From: an uncultured bacterium
Lineage (GTDB): Bacteria; Patescibacteriota; Minisyncoccia; Phycocordibacterales; UBA9973
Reading direction: 5' to 3'
DNA: 64,000 nt
NCBI GenBank assembly: GCA_903869825.1
Contig: CAIQAL010000016.1
Span: 34,269-98,268 of the forward strand
This document shows, in pieces, positions 1-9,975 of this stretch. The first letter of the stretch is position 1, and every line of letters starts with the position of its first letter. The notes beneath the pieces were generated by a model, which had not been told where the DNA came from, made no database searches, and saw only the letters and a list, made by a program, of their open reading frames with translations. The translations under genes were made by a program, and so were the position numbers.

Positions 1-71
1 GAGGTGATTGCCCCTTCAACGCCTACATATAGGATAGCTATATTGGGAGAAAATTGCAAGAAGGAAAATCT

Positions 72-1820
72 TTAGAAAACTTCTTGCTGATAGCATTTAT
101 CACAATAAAAAATAAAATTTTCACTTGGATTAAGGACTGTTTCAATTTCTTTATTGCATTTTACACAGACTGCTTTGTATTTTTTGCCAGTTTTAACAAG
201 ATTCAACCTCCTTCTCATTCGGAGGAGTGGATGGATATTCGGTAAAGGTAATCCGGTTCTTCGGTAAAATTCAAGTTCTGACTGAGTTATTCGAAAAGGT
301 TTTCCGCTTTTTTCACATAATATTGCTTTGCTAACGATATCATCAGTAATCTCATTAATTGTTTTTGGCAAATCCGAGTATTTTACTATTTCCGTGTTGC
401 CAACATTTGTCTCCGGATCTTTGGCGGTATAACCACCAATTTTCTTAACTTCCTCTTCGCTTAACGGATAGCCATTTTGAGCCAAAGAAACATTATAAGC
501 TTGGGCACAAAAATTCAGACCAACTCCATCGCTATACTCTCCTCTTCCAAGCATCTCGAGTTTTATTTCATCAAGCATTCTAAAATATTCATCTTTTTCA
601 TATTGTTTATTTAAAATACAATAGGATTTATTTTGAAGACCAAAACACATGAAACAATTTGTTAAATTTTTCGAATTAAAAACAAAATCACAATCAACAC
701 AATACTTAGAGGACGCGGAAAACCTTATATTACTCGATTGCGAACCAACATTGGTGGTCATGTAAAGTGAACTTGCATGCCCTCCAGAAAACAGAAAATC
801 CATTGAGTCTTTATGGTTAATTGCCGCATCCGCATGTCGAACATTTTCTGAACCATTCGCGTCAATCACATTATATAAATTCCTGGAATTTTTTATATTT
901 ACACCAGAAACATTAGTTGAGGCAATGTTCCTGGTTCCGTTCATGGGAAGACTTCTGACTAATTTCCAGAATTTTTCTTCATAAGTAACCAAGTCATCAT
1001 GCGAGAGCGGATAAATTGAAGCAATAAATTTTTCATAATCCTCTTTCGAATATTGTTCATTCCAAATACAATATTTTGAATTTCTTAAGTTTACACAACC
1101 AAAACAGTTCTGACAATTACGGCAATCAAAAAGAAACATACTCTCGAGACAATTATTGGAAAAAATAAAAAATGATGATTTATAAATGTGATTCGAAGAC
1201 GCCCCCTCATATATAAATTCTGAATCATCTAAAATCATAGAGTCCATAACATTACGTACCCTATGAAGCATGGCAGAGTACCAAACATCTTCAGCATTAT
1301 AGCAACCAAAAGCATAATAAACATTTTTTGTATTACGTCCGCCATTTGAATAATCACTATTTATAGAAGACGGGTCACGATTCAAAAATGACGGCATAGG
1401 AAATTTCTTACGAAGATCAAACAACGTTTCTAGTGGGCTATCTCCTTTTTTATATTCAATCCCAAAAGAAAGTGCATCAAATTCATCACCAATAAAATAC
1501 TTATAATCATAAACGGGAAATGGACACTCCTCTGGAAGAATTGAAATCATCATTTCATTGTGCCCTGGAACATCACACTTGATTTTAAAGAGGTGTGACA
1601 TTGCCATATAAGGCAACCTGCGCATCCTTCTGCAGGTTGGACAAAAGTTTGGCGGTGGCACACGAAGAATTTTTAATAGTTTAATGTCTGTTTCTTCAAG
1701 ATTAAATTCCCCTTCGCAATATTTATGTACTCCCTGCCATTTACATTTTCGGGCATGAGGAACAAGAGTTTCCAAAACCTTATTTAAGGCACTATCAAAT
1801 TTTGGAGTCTTGCTTGTCAT
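72..1820 (-). CDS. Cysteine-rich protein of unknown function (paralog A); carries repeated CxxC zinc-ribbon-like modules including C-x2-C-x2-C-x2-C (CRNCQNCFGC)
   Basis: 582-aa ORF with many CxxC pairs. Two internal about 40-aa modules end in YC(I/M)xN(E/K)QYxK(D/E)(D/E)Y(E/F)(K/R)(F/M). The C-terminus has FRITQSELEFYRRTGLPLP followed by a CxxC...CxxC ribbon. Clearly homologous along its length to the ORF at 33615..35171. No recognised family. Confidence 0.6.
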   Translation of the reverse strand: MTSKTPKFDSALNKVLETLVPHARKCKWQGVHKYCEGEFNLEETDIKLLKILRVPPPNFCPTCRRMRRLPYMAMSHLFKIKCDVPGHNEMMISILPEECPFPVYDYKYFIGDEFDALSFGIEYKKGDSPLETLFDLRKKFPMPSFLNRDPSSINSDYSNGGRNTKNVYYAFGCYNAEDVWYSAMLHRVRNVMDSMILDDSEFIYEGASSNHIYKSSFFIFSNNCLESMFLFDCRNCQNCFGCVNLRNSKYCIWNEQYSKEDYEKFIASIYPLSHDDLVTYEEKFWKLVRSLPMNGTRNIASTNVSGVNIKNSRNLYNVIDANGSENVRHADAAINHKDSMDFLFSGGHASSLYMTTNVGSQSSNIRFSASSKYCVDCDFVFNSKNLTNCFMCFGLQNKSYCILNKQYEKDEYFRMLDEIKLEMLGRGEYSDGVGLNFCAQAYNVSLAQNGYPLSEEEVKKIGGYTAKDPETNVGNTEIVKYSDLPKTINEITDDIVSKAILCEKSGKPFRITQSELEFYRRTGLPLPNIHPLLRMRRRLNLVKTGKKYKAVCVKCNKEIETVLNPSENFIFYCDKCYQQEVF

Positions 1821-1834
1821 TTTATAAATAAAGG

Positions 1835-3526
1835 TTACATTCTTTCTGGTGCCTCAATCCCTAGAAGCTTCAGCCCATTTTTTATTACAATAGAAAAAGC
1901 TTCGGTAAGAGCGATTTTATATCCCGAATCTAAATTATCTTTATCAACGATTTTTGTGCTGCCATAAAAAGCATTAAAGGCTCGAGCAATTTCAGTTAAA
2001 TAAACTGCTATATAGTGAGGTTCAAATTCTTCCGCACTGCGAGAAACTATTTCTGGAAAACGATAGATAATTTTCTCAACTTCAGTTGTTTGCCATTCTT
2101 TAGGAATTAAATTATTAGAAACAATTTTTTCTTCGAGGGCCTTTTCTAAAATAGATTTCGCTCGGGCATACGAATATTGCAAGTATGGACCTGAGTCTCC
2201 TTCAAAAGAAATTGATTTATCGAAATCATAAATAATGTCTCCACCGATGGCGTTTTTCAAAATAGAATATTTGAGGGCTGAGACCGCCACTTGATTTACA
2301 AATACAACTCCCATGTCTCCCCTATTTGTTTCTTTTATTTTTTCAAGCACCCTTTCTGAAATAAGGAAAAGCAATGATTCCGCGGTGACAACGTCCCCCG
2401 TGCGCGATGACATTTTTCCGGTCGGGAGTCGTAACATTCCGTGTGAAATATGTTTTGTTTTTTCTGCTAAGTCAGGGAAAACCTGCTCCATCGCTTCCAA
2501 GAGCACTCGAAAATAATCATTCACTTCGTTTCCCGTAATCACAATTGAATTGGTATATGGATATTCCCCGTATTTAATTTTGGCCAAGCCAAGCTCCTTT
2601 GCTTCATAAGTCGGCAACCCTTCTTTGTTTACAAACACTCTGGTGTGAAGACTTGGATGAAAATTCTCTCCCTTAAACACAATCGCTCCTTCACTTTTTT
2701 CAAAAACATCTCCAATATTTTTTTCAACAATATCTTTTCCGAGTATCCCTGTCTCGCTTTCAAAAAAATAAAAGTCGAACTTCGTGCCAAGCTTTTTGTA
2801 AATCGTTTCAAAATAGTCGAGAGAAACTTTTCTGCCAGGCAAATAAAATTTTTCGCAAATTTCTTGGTCATTTTGATATATTTTTTTGTTTACTTCTTCT
2901 ATTTCCTTTTTTTCTGTTTCACTTTCAAGATATGCTCTTGATCCTTTCGCATACATTTCTCCCAAATATGAAACGGTAAACCTGCCTTCCATTTTATTTT
3001 TCATCATTGCCCAAACGGTCTTTGCGACGTGAAGCCCTATATCGCCTTGATAACAAGCTCTTTTCACTTCCGCTCCACTCGCTTCAACAATTCTTGAAAT
3101 TGATTCCCCAATGGTATTACTCATCAAATGCCCAATGTGCAATTCTTTAAAAGGGTTCGGATCGGTGTATTCCACTATTACTTTTTTCCCCATCAACCAA
3201 TTATTTTTACCAAAATTTTCTTTCTTTTCTAAAATTTCTTCAACACTTTTTGCAAAGAATTCCGTAGATAAATAAAAGTTTATAAAGCCGTTCTTGGTTT
3301 CAATCCTGGAAATTTCTTTTGGAATACCATTATTCATTTTATCAACCAGATTTTCTGCTAATACTCTTGGGTTCTGTTTTTCTTTTTTAGCAAGAACCAT
3401 TGCAACATTGGTCGAGTAGTCTCCCATACTCAAATCTGCCGGGTGCTCAAGTAAAATTTCATTGGTTTCTATACCAAGTTCTTTCAGGCCTTCTTTAATT
3501 AAATTTTTTATTTTTTCTTCGATCAT
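1835..3526 (-). CDS. argS: Arginyl-tRNA synthetase
   Basis: 563 aa with the class I HIGH motif (HIGHLMS) and a KMSK-like motif (KMSSRTG). Length and overall layout are typical of ArgRS. Confidence 0.85.
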   Translation of the reverse strand: MIEEKIKNLIKEGLKELGIETNEILLEHPADLSMGDYSTNVAMVLAKKEKQNPRVLAENLVDKMNNGIPKEISRIETKNGFINFYLSTEFFAKSVEEILEKKENFGKNNWLMGKKVIVEYTDPNPFKELHIGHLMSNTIGESISRIVEASGAEVKRACYQGDIGLHVAKTVWAMMKNKMEGRFTVSYLGEMYAKGSRAYLESETEKKEIEEVNKKIYQNDQEICEKFYLPGRKVSLDYFETIYKKLGTKFDFYFFESETGILGKDIVEKNIGDVFEKSEGAIVFKGENFHPSLHTRVFVNKEGLPTYEAKELGLAKIKYGEYPYTNSIVITGNEVNDYFRVLLEAMEQVFPDLAEKTKHISHGMLRLPTGKMSSRTGDVVTAESLLFLISERVLEKIKETNRGDMGVVFVNQVAVSALKYSILKNAIGGDIIYDFDKSISFEGDSGPYLQYSYARAKSILEKALEEKIVSNNLIPKEWQTTEVEKIIYRFPEIVSRSAEEFEPHYIAVYLTEIARAFNAFYGSTKIVDKDNLDSGYKIALTEAFSIVIKNGLKLLGIEAPERM

Positions 3527-3948
3527 TATTTTTTCCCGGTGGAACCAAAGGCCCCTTCACCTCGAGCCGAATCCGAAAGCTCGGCTACTTCTTCCAAGTC
3601 TACTATTGCCACTGGATAAATTATGAGTTGGGAAACTTTGTCTCCCTCTTCTACAGTATAAGGTTTATCGGATAAATTTACCAAGTGGGTATTGTATTCC
3701 CCCCGATAGCCCGCATCAAAAACTCCCCCCATATGAATAAGACCACTCTTCGAGATACTTGATTTATCTGCAACGATGGCCGCATACCCGGCTGGAAACT
3801 CAAGTGCAAAGCCATGGAAAAATCTGTGGTGTGCCATCGGTGGTATCGTCACTTCTTCCATCGAATACAAATCCATCCCAACGTCACCAGGGTGATAGTA
3901 CTTCGGCAGTTGAGCATCTTCTTTTAATTTTTTAATTTTGATTCTCAT
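3526..3948 (-). CDS. dut: dUTP diphosphatase
   Basis: 140 aa. The N-terminus MRIKIKKL...LPKY..PGDVGMDLY and the later GLIHMGGVFDAGYRGE are canonical dUTPase motifs. Confidence 0.85.
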   Translation of the reverse strand: MRIKIKKLKEDAQLPKYYHPGDVGMDLYSMEEVTIPPMAHHRFFHGFALEFPAGYAAIVADKSSISKSGLIHMGGVFDAGYRGEYNTHLVNLSDKPYTVEEGDKVSQLIIYPVAIVDLEEVAELSDSARGEGAFGSTGKK

Positions 3949-4420
3949 GTTTTTTTAACTCCATAAACTTTTTAAAATCATTTAAAAAAATTTCTGGTTT
4001 CTCTTTCAATAATTCATTTATCTCTTTTTCTGAAAACCATTTTAATTGCCCAACTTCTTCGTTTTGTTTTTTATATTTATAGTCGCTTTCAACAGTCACA
4101 GTAAAAAAATATGCAAAACAATCATCTAATCTTATTTTGGGACCAGGTTTTATCTTCAATCCCCTTAGGCCGATTTCTTCTTCCGCTTCTCTTAGCATAC
4201 AAGTCTCTGGTGTTTCCCCTTCTTCAACAACGCCTCCTGCTGCCGGTCCCCATAAACCCGGGCCATATCTTCGATTCAGAGATCTCTGGGCCAAAAGAAC
4301 ATTGCCATCTTTGTCCGTAACCCATAGCCCAGTTGCCCGAACAAGCTCTTCAATATATCTATCTGTTCTTTCTTTGTGACCTATTATTTCATCTTGTTCA
4401 TTTACGATTGGAATCCTCAT
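3932..4420 (-). CDS. NUDIX hydrolase
   Basis: Nudix box GGVVEEGETPETCMLREAEEEIGL (GX5EX7REUXEEXGU). Overlaps dut by 17 nt, consistent with an operon. Confidence 0.8.
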   Translation of the reverse strand: MRIPIVNEQDEIIGHKERTDRYIEELVRATGLWVTDKDGNVLLAQRSLNRRYGPGLWGPAAGGVVEEGETPETCMLREAEEEIGLRGLKIKPGPKIRLDDCFAYFFTVTVESDYKYKKQNEEVGQLKWFSEKEINELLKEKPEIFLNDFKKFMELKKHENQN

Positions 4421-4423
4421 ATA

Positions 4424-5119
4424 CTATTTAACTATTTTTTTAACTTTTTTATAAATCATTTCATTAATTATTTCCCGGGAAAAAATTTCTCCGTCTTCTG
4501 AACAATTAATCTTTGCCCAATTCTTTTGAGTTTTTGCAAGCCAAAGCGCGCTTTTGATGGAATTTTCCAAGTGCTCACGGTCATTCTCGTGAACATCTTT
4601 GTTCTTTTTTAAATATTTTCTTTTCATTTGACTACTCTCTCTGTGTTTCAAAATTTTTAAAACAACCTCGATTGGTAGACTTAAATAAAAAGTTACATCC
4701 GGTCGTGGAATTCCAAAGACTTCGTACTCCATTTCATTCAACCATTTAATAAAACTATTCCTCTTCCTGGTATCGCTTATTTTCCCTCCTTGGTGAATCT
4801 GGTTTGCGCTTACGTAGCGGTTCGCAATCACTACATATCCATCTTTGAGCCAACTCTCCATTTTCTCTTTTGATTGCCAGCGGTCTGCCGCAAAAGGGAT
4901 TGAGGCAATCTTGGGATGAACTTTTAAAAAGTTATAGTATTGTTCGGAAAGACAGTGCCCAGTAAAAGCTCCAAAGAAATTCTCATAGTACCTTGGAAAA
5001 TCTATCACCTTTACCTTTCGGCCATCTTTTTTGAGACGTTTAATCAGAAGGTCTGTCTGGGTCGCTTTCCCACTGCCGTCCGTGCCGTCTATCACTATTA
5101 ATTTCCCTTTTTTTGTCAT
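4424..5119 (-). CDS. tmk: Thymidylate kinase-like protein
   Basis: P-loop LIVIDGTDGSGKATQ matches the dTMP kinase family. At 231 aa it carries a C-terminal extension. Confidence 0.7.
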   Translation of the reverse strand: MTKKGKLIVIDGTDGSGKATQTDLLIKRLKKDGRKVKVIDFPRYYENFFGAFTGHCLSEQYYNFLKVHPKIASIPFAADRWQSKEKMESWLKDGYVVIANRYVSANQIHQGGKISDTRKRNSFIKWLNEMEYEVFGIPRPDVTFYLSLPIEVVLKILKHRESSQMKRKYLKKNKDVHENDREHLENSIKSALWLAKTQKNWAKINCSEDGEIFSREIINEMIYKKVKKIVK

Positions 5120-5145
5120 ATAGACATAATAGCAAAAATCCTACT

Positions 5146-6051
5146 TTAGGAAAGCTTGTTTTTGTTAAGAAAAAATATTCCGCTAAATTTAACGTTCGTT
5201 AATAAAAATACTCCTATCACTAAAAGTGGGAGGGAAAGAAGTTGAGCAGGACTAGGAGAATCTCCAATTAAAAGCCATGCAAAAATTATGGTAAAAAGAG
5301 GAGACAAACCATTGATTGCGAGGGCTTTAGTGACAGACATCCGGTGGATTCCTTCAACCCAAAGAAGCTTGGACAAACCAAAGATAAGTACCCCGTTCAA
5401 AAGAAGCCACCAAAAGCTATTCCCAACTAACGGCTTGGTCAAAGAAGAGGTTCCGATAAAAAAAGTCAAAAGAAACAAAAAAGGCAAAGTAAGAATGCAT
5501 CTTATCAACATCATGGTTTCGCTCGAAGCAATGTTCCGAGCTTTTTGTTGATACCAGTTTCCCACAGGAGCCGAAAAGGTCGCTAACAAAATAAAAATGT
5601 CTCCACTGTGAAAATGTCCGAACTTGGGAATAAAAATAAGCAAAGCCCCGCAAGTGGCAAAAATAATTCCTAATATATATTTCCTTTGCATCACTTCTTT
5701 GTGAATAATTTGAAAAAATACATAGGAAGTTACAACTTCAAACAAAGCGACAATCGCTCCATTTGCAGAGACAGTTTTCGTTAAGCCATAAAAAAATAGT
5801 CCGTAAAAAATAACCCCAATAAAAATCGATGTCCCTAAAGAGTATTTCCAAATTTGTAAGTTTTTGAATTCGCTCCATTTATTTCTATAAATTATTATAG
5901 CCAAAAAAAATAAAGCAGAAAAAAATGTCGCCCAAAACAAACCGACGATACTTGAGGTCCCTTTTAAACCAAGGATTGTGACTATCGGGAACAAAGACCA
6001 AATCAACCCTTCGGAAATTATTAACGCATTCCCCTTTTGTCCTTCAGTCAT
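5146..6051 (-). CDS. Polytopic membrane protein, probably DMT/EamA-family permease
   Basis: 301 aa with about 10 hydrophobic segments and a duplicated-half architecture. Confidence 0.5.
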   Translation of the reverse strand: MTEGQKGNALIISEGLIWSLFPIVTILGLKGTSSIVGLFWATFFSALFFLAIIIYRNKWSEFKNLQIWKYSLGTSIFIGVIFYGLFFYGLTKTVSANGAIVALFEVVTSYVFFQIIHKEVMQRKYILGIIFATCGALLIFIPKFGHFHSGDIFILLATFSAPVGNWYQQKARNIASSETMMLIRCILTLPFLFLLTFFIGTSSLTKPLVGNSFWWLLLNGVLIFGLSKLLWVEGIHRMSVTKALAINGLSPLFTIIFAWLLIGDSPSPAQLLSLPLLVIGVFLLTNVKFSGIFFLNKNKLS

Positions 6052-6056
6052 AGGAT

Positions 6057-6605
6057 TTATTCTTCTTTCCCTTTAATTTTTTTATAAATTTCTGGCTTAA
6101 ATAGCCTTAAATATTCCATGCGCTTGGCCGGTAATTTTTTTAATTCAAGATTATATTCTTTTGCAAAATTTATAATTTTATTTTGCGCATTTTCTATTTC
6201 TTCTTCTTTTTCTACCATTAACTCAATTTCGCATAATCTGTAACCAAAATCCATTTCGTCAAAATCGATTTTGAACTCACCTTTTTTGTATTCTTTCCGC
6301 TTGTTTGTGTAGTCGGTAACCAGTATCAAATTTTTTTTAACAAATTCTTCCAAATCTTCGGCCTTTAAATATTTTTTTATTTCTTCTTCTTCTTCGATCT
6401 CTATGTGGGCACCGACTGTTTTTTTTATTTTCAATTCAAAAGAGTTGTTTCTTCTTCGAAATCTTGTTTGATTAGTAAAAAATCTAAAATCAGGATAATC
6501 ATAATATATGTCATGGATTATTTTTTCACCTAAAAATTCCGCCCCTTCCAAGAGTTTTTCTAGTTGTTCCTCGGTAGGCTGAAATTTTCTTTCAACTTCA
6601 ATCAT
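6057..6605 (-). CDS. CYTH-domain protein (triphosphate tunnel metalloenzyme)
   Basis: Carries the EVERKF (ExExK) CYTH signature near the N-terminus. The tracked ORF extends to 6647 and would overlap glyA; the internal Met at MIEVERKF (6605) avoids that overlap and is the likelier start. Confidence 0.7.
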   Translation of the reverse strand: MIEVERKFQPTEEQLEKLLEGAEFLGEKIIHDIYYDYPDFRFFTNQTRFRRRNNSFELKIKKTVGAHIEIEEEEEIKKYLKAEDLEEFVKKNLILVTDYTNKRKEYKKGEFKIDFDEMDFGYRLCEIELMVEKEEEIENAQNKIINFAKEYNLELKKLPAKRMEYLRLFKPEIYKKIKGKEE

Positions 6606-6609
6606 TTTT

Positions 6610-7854
6610 TTACACAAACCGCTTTGGTATTGGAAACTTTTTGGCAAGAGATTTGATTTCTTTGTGAGCTGCGTCTTTTATTTTCTTATTGTCTTTGTTT
6701 TTGAGAACTAGGAGCATTAGTTCCGCCACTCGTTTGCATTCTTTCTCTTTAAAACCTCGAGTCGTAATGGCCGGCGTTCCAAAGCGAATCCCTGAAGGAT
6801 CCATCGGTTTTCGGGTATCACCCGCAACCGAATTCATATTGAGAGTTATTCCTACTTCATCAAGCACAGTCTGTGCTTCTTTTCCAGTCACTCCGAGTGA
6901 ACCGAAAACATCAGCCAAAATAAGGTGGTTGTCGGTACCACCACCGATCATCCGGACATTATTTTTTTTGAAAACAGCCTCCATCGCTTTCGCATTTTTC
7001 AAAACCTGAGTCGCGTATTTTTTATATTTCGGTTTCATCGCTTCACCGAAAGCCACCGCTTTCGCAGCAATCGTGTGCATATGCGGACCCCCTTGAATTC
7101 CAGGGAAAACGGACTTATCGATTTTCTTTGCAATTTCTTCGTTGTCCCGAGTTAAAATTATTCCTCCGCGTGGTCCGCGAAGAGTTTTATGGGTAGTGGA
7201 AGTAATGATATCAAAACCATCCTGAAATGGATTCCTGAGTACCCCAGCAGCTATCAATCCGGCAATGTGCGCCATATCTGCCATCGTCACTGCTCCGACT
7301 TCGTGCGCAATCGCGACAAATTTTTTGTAATCCAAGTTACGAGAATAAGCGGAAAAACCGGCTAAAATAATTTTTGGTTTGGTTTCCAAGGCTACTCGGC
7401 GAAGATCTTCATAATCAATTTCGCCAGTTTCAATATTTTTCATTTTGTAACCGACAAATTTATAAATCTTTGCCGGCAGAGTGAGCGGATGCCCGTGAGT
7501 CAAATGTCCTCCGTGAGATAAATCCATTCCGAGAATTGTATCCCCGGGCGCAAGTAAGGCTGCATAGACCGCCAAGTTTGCCGGCGCACCGGAGTGCGGT
7601 TGCACATTCGCAAATTTACATTTAAATAATTTACAAACTCGTTCTATTGCGAGCCTTTCCACTTGGTCGGTAAAATCTTGTCCGCCATAATATCTGCGTC
7701 CCGGATATCCTTCGGAATATTTATTGGTAAAAATAGAACCGTTCGCTTTTAATACATCTTCGGAAACATAGTTTTCAGATGGAATGAGTTCCAGCCCCTC
7801 TGATTGCCTTTTCGCCTCCGCTTTTATAAGTTTTTCTATTTGTTTGTCTTGCAT
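6610..7854 (-). CDS. glyA: Serine hydroxymethyltransferase
   Basis: 414 aa with SHGGHLTHG and the PLP-lysine region TTHKTLRGPRGG. Confidence 0.9.
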   Translation of the reverse strand: MQDKQIEKLIKAEAKRQSEGLELIPSENYVSEDVLKANGSIFTNKYSEGYPGRRYYGGQDFTDQVERLAIERVCKLFKCKFANVQPHSGAPANLAVYAALLAPGDTILGMDLSHGGHLTHGHPLTLPAKIYKFVGYKMKNIETGEIDYEDLRRVALETKPKIILAGFSAYSRNLDYKKFVAIAHEVGAVTMADMAHIAGLIAAGVLRNPFQDGFDIITSTTHKTLRGPRGGIILTRDNEEIAKKIDKSVFPGIQGGPHMHTIAAKAVAFGEAMKPKYKKYATQVLKNAKAMEAVFKKNNVRMIGGGTDNHLILADVFGSLGVTGKEAQTVLDEVGITLNMNSVAGDTRKPMDPSGIRFGTPAITTRGFKEKECKRVAELMLLVLKNKDNKKIKDAAHKEIKSLAKKFPIPKRFV

Positions 7855-8126
7855 AATTCTATCTTATCACATTTTATTATGATTGTACCAAGCTGTTCCG
7901 TTCGGAGTATTTTCACCTTAAATTGGGTAAGTGAACTTAGAATTTCTTCAATCAAATGTCCATATTTATTATCTTCCCCGACCGAAATGAATATGGCCTT
8001 CGGAGAAACAGTCCTGAAAAATTCCGACGAAAATTTCCCCGGGCGAACTGGCATCGATAAGCACTTGCGTTCCGATCGATGGCTCGACAAAAAGCGCATC
8101 ACCTTTCCTTGTATCAGGCATGGCAA
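7836..8126 (-). pseudogene. Remnant of the ComEC/Rec2 C-terminal metallo-beta-lactamase domain
   Basis: 96-aa ORF ending FISVGEDNKYGHLIEEIL...KVKILRTEQLGTIIIK, which matches the extreme C-terminus of ComEC. There is no N-terminal competence or transmembrane portion. It overlaps the glyA start by 19 nt. Confidence 0.45.
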
Positions 8127-8292
8127 AAGTAAACTTACGATGGGAGCTTTACCAATCGAGATAAAGATAGGTTATCCCAATTAGAAGAAAAAAGTGAAAA
8201 CAAATAAATAAAAATTTTTTGCTTTCCCGAGCGTAGAATAATTCTAACACTAAATTCATCAATTCTTAATTGAGTTAGGGTATAATACATTA

Positions 8293-8889
8293 ATGGAAAA
8301 ATTTAAAGAACTAAAATTTAATATTGGGGAATTAAAAGGTCTCTCTGCTAAAAACATAGAAGAGCATCTGAAGCTTTATGCGGGTTATGTAAAAAACATT
8401 AACTCGATATTTGAAAAGTTGAGAGAATATATGATGGACCAGGAAAAAAATGCACAAGTGATAGGTGAGCTCCAACGCCGGATTGGTTTTGAGTTTAACG
8501 GCATGCGCAATCATGAATATTATTTCCGGTCTTTGGAAGGGGGACCAAAACTTCTGCCGGAGGGTTCTCATTTTAAGAAAGCACTCGAAGGTGTAGCTCC
8601 TTCTTTTGCTGCAGCTATCGCCGGATTTAAAACTTTGGCTATTACTAGGGGTATCGGCTGGGCAGTTCTTTGCTGGGACCACGAAACAAAACAGTTACTG
8701 CCAACTTGGATTGACGAGCAACATATGGGCCAATTAAATGGCCTCAAATGGATACTTTGTATTGATATGTGGGAACATGCATATGTCTATGATTATCCAA
8801 CTTCCGAAAAGAAAAAATACATTGATGCTTTTTTTGATAACCTCAATTGGGAGGTGATTGAGAAAAATTTTATAGAGGCTCAAAAGTAA
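8293..8889 (+). CDS. sodA: Fe/Mn superoxide dismutase
   Basis: 198 aa with the DMWEHAYVYDY (DxWEHAYY) motif. Metal ligands are present: His at EEHLKLY, His at NHEYYF, and the Asp/His pair in DMWEH. Confidence 0.8.
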   Translation: MEKFKELKFNIGELKGLSAKNIEEHLKLYAGYVKNINSIFEKLREYMMDQEKNAQVIGELQRRIGFEFNGMRNHEYYFRSLEGGPKLLPEGSHFKKALEGVAPSFAAAIAGFKTLAITRGIGWAVLCWDHETKQLLPTWIDEQHMGQLNGLKWILCIDMWEHAYVYDYPTSEKKKYIDAFFDNLNWEVIEKNFIEAQK

Positions 8890-9235
8890 AAACTTTTTGA
8901 TTTCTCGACCGAGGAGACTGTAGATAAAATACGCATACATAGCGAGAGTGATAAGGAGTGGAAAGTTCGGTATGGAGAATGAAGTAAATGAAAGATTGGA
9001 AAAGAAACTGATTACCGAAAGTTCGTAATGCAAAAATATACCAAAATAAACCGACGAACCCGGTGAGAAACCCGAGTAACATAGTAAACGGGATAAATCG
9101 CAAGGTCAAAACATTCGAGGGGAGAGCAACAAGCGACAGCAAAAGTACCCAAAAAATAAAACCAAAACATATTACATAAAAAGATTTTATCTTTTTATGT
9201 CCTTCAAAATTTAAAGTAATAATTTTAAGGACCAC
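8870..9235 (-). CDS. Hypothetical small membrane protein
   Basis: 121-aa ORF with 2-3 hydrophobic helices, downstream of and co-directional with rnhA. Supported only by its ORF and hydrophobicity. Confidence 0.3.
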   Translation of the reverse strand: MVLKIITLNFEGHKKIKSFYVICFGFIFWVLLLSLVALPSNVLTLRFIPFTMLLGFLTGFVGLFWYIFALRTFGNQFLFQSFIYFILHTELSTPYHSRYVCVFYLQSPRSRNQKVFTFEPL

Positions 9236-9969
9236 TCGGCAACCAAGTCACTTTCTTCTTCTTTTGAAAATACTTTCTTGTATTTGGCACCCGATTTACC
9301 CTTTACCCGCTTTTCACATTCCGCCCAGGTTTTATCCGAATGCACCTTCCCTTCAACTGCCGAAATATAAGCAAAAGCTACTTTCCCGGCATTTTTTGAT
9401 TTTGCTTTCTTGGCAACTCCCGACACTGTTCCAACAGCATGATTGGTAGGAATTTTTCCAAAAAGTTTTTCGTAATCTTTCAAGTTTCCTCTAAAGAGTA
9501 TTGTGGTGTTGTTCCCGGCAAAACTCGTGGCTATCACATCACACCTTTCATTCAAATGAACTCCGGAGTGTCCTGAAATTTTTTCCCAAAGAACTTCATA
9601 TTTTGTTTTCAAACTAAAATCAAGTTTAAAAAGTTCTTCCCAAAGATCTTTGTTTAAAACCGGCTCTTTCGTTTTCGTCAGCCAATTGTTTTTCTGCCAG
9701 GCATATACCCACACTGTAATGCCGTTCAAGAGGTATGATGAATCAGTGTGAAGAATAATTTTTCTTGCTGTTGATTTTCTTTTCGAAATTTCTTTTAATG
9801 CCTCAAGCGCCGCTGTCATTTCCATCCGATTGTTAGTGGATTCTTTTTCTCTTCCGCCAAGCTCAATAACTTTTTCGTCTGGAAACAATACTACACTTCC
9901 CCAGCCTCCCGGACCTGGATTCCCGAGAGATGAACCGTCAGTATAAATTATGACTTCATTCTTTTTCAT
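9211..9969 (-). CDS. rnhA: Ribonuclease HI with a C-terminal hybrid-binding (Cauli_VI-like) domain
   Basis: N-terminal RNase H fold (IYTDGSSLGNPGPGGWG...MEMTAALEAL...HTDSSY). The C-terminal 50 aa FAYISAVEGKVHSDKTWAECEKRVKGKSGAKYKKVFSKEE match the HBD consensus Y.V..G...GIY..W.EC...V.G..GAKYK.F..KEEA. Confidence 0.8.
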   Translation of the reverse strand: MKKNEVIIYTDGSSLGNPGPGGWGSVVLFPDEKVIELGGREKESTNNRMEMTAALEALKEISKRKSTARKIILHTDSSYLLNGITVWVYAWQKNNWLTKTKEPVLNKDLWEELFKLDFSLKTKYEVLWEKISGHSGVHLNERCDVIATSFAGNNTTILFRGNLKDYEKLFGKIPTNHAVGTVSGVAKKAKSKNAGKVAFAYISAVEGKVHSDKTWAECEKRVKGKSGAKYKKVFSKEEESDLVAEWSLKLLL

Positions 9970-9975
9970 AAGTTC

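Noticed and set aside
2313-2941. Small ORFs antisense within argS (2313..2516, 2629..2871, 2645..2941)
   Set aside because: They are embedded in the argS coding region on both strands. Their low-complexity translations are typical of AT-rich antisense frames.
8734-9033. 99-aa minus-strand ORF and 7804..8184 plus-strand ORF
   Set aside because: Both heavily overlap better-supported genes (sodA, the ComEC remnant and glyA) and have no motifs. They are likely spurious.
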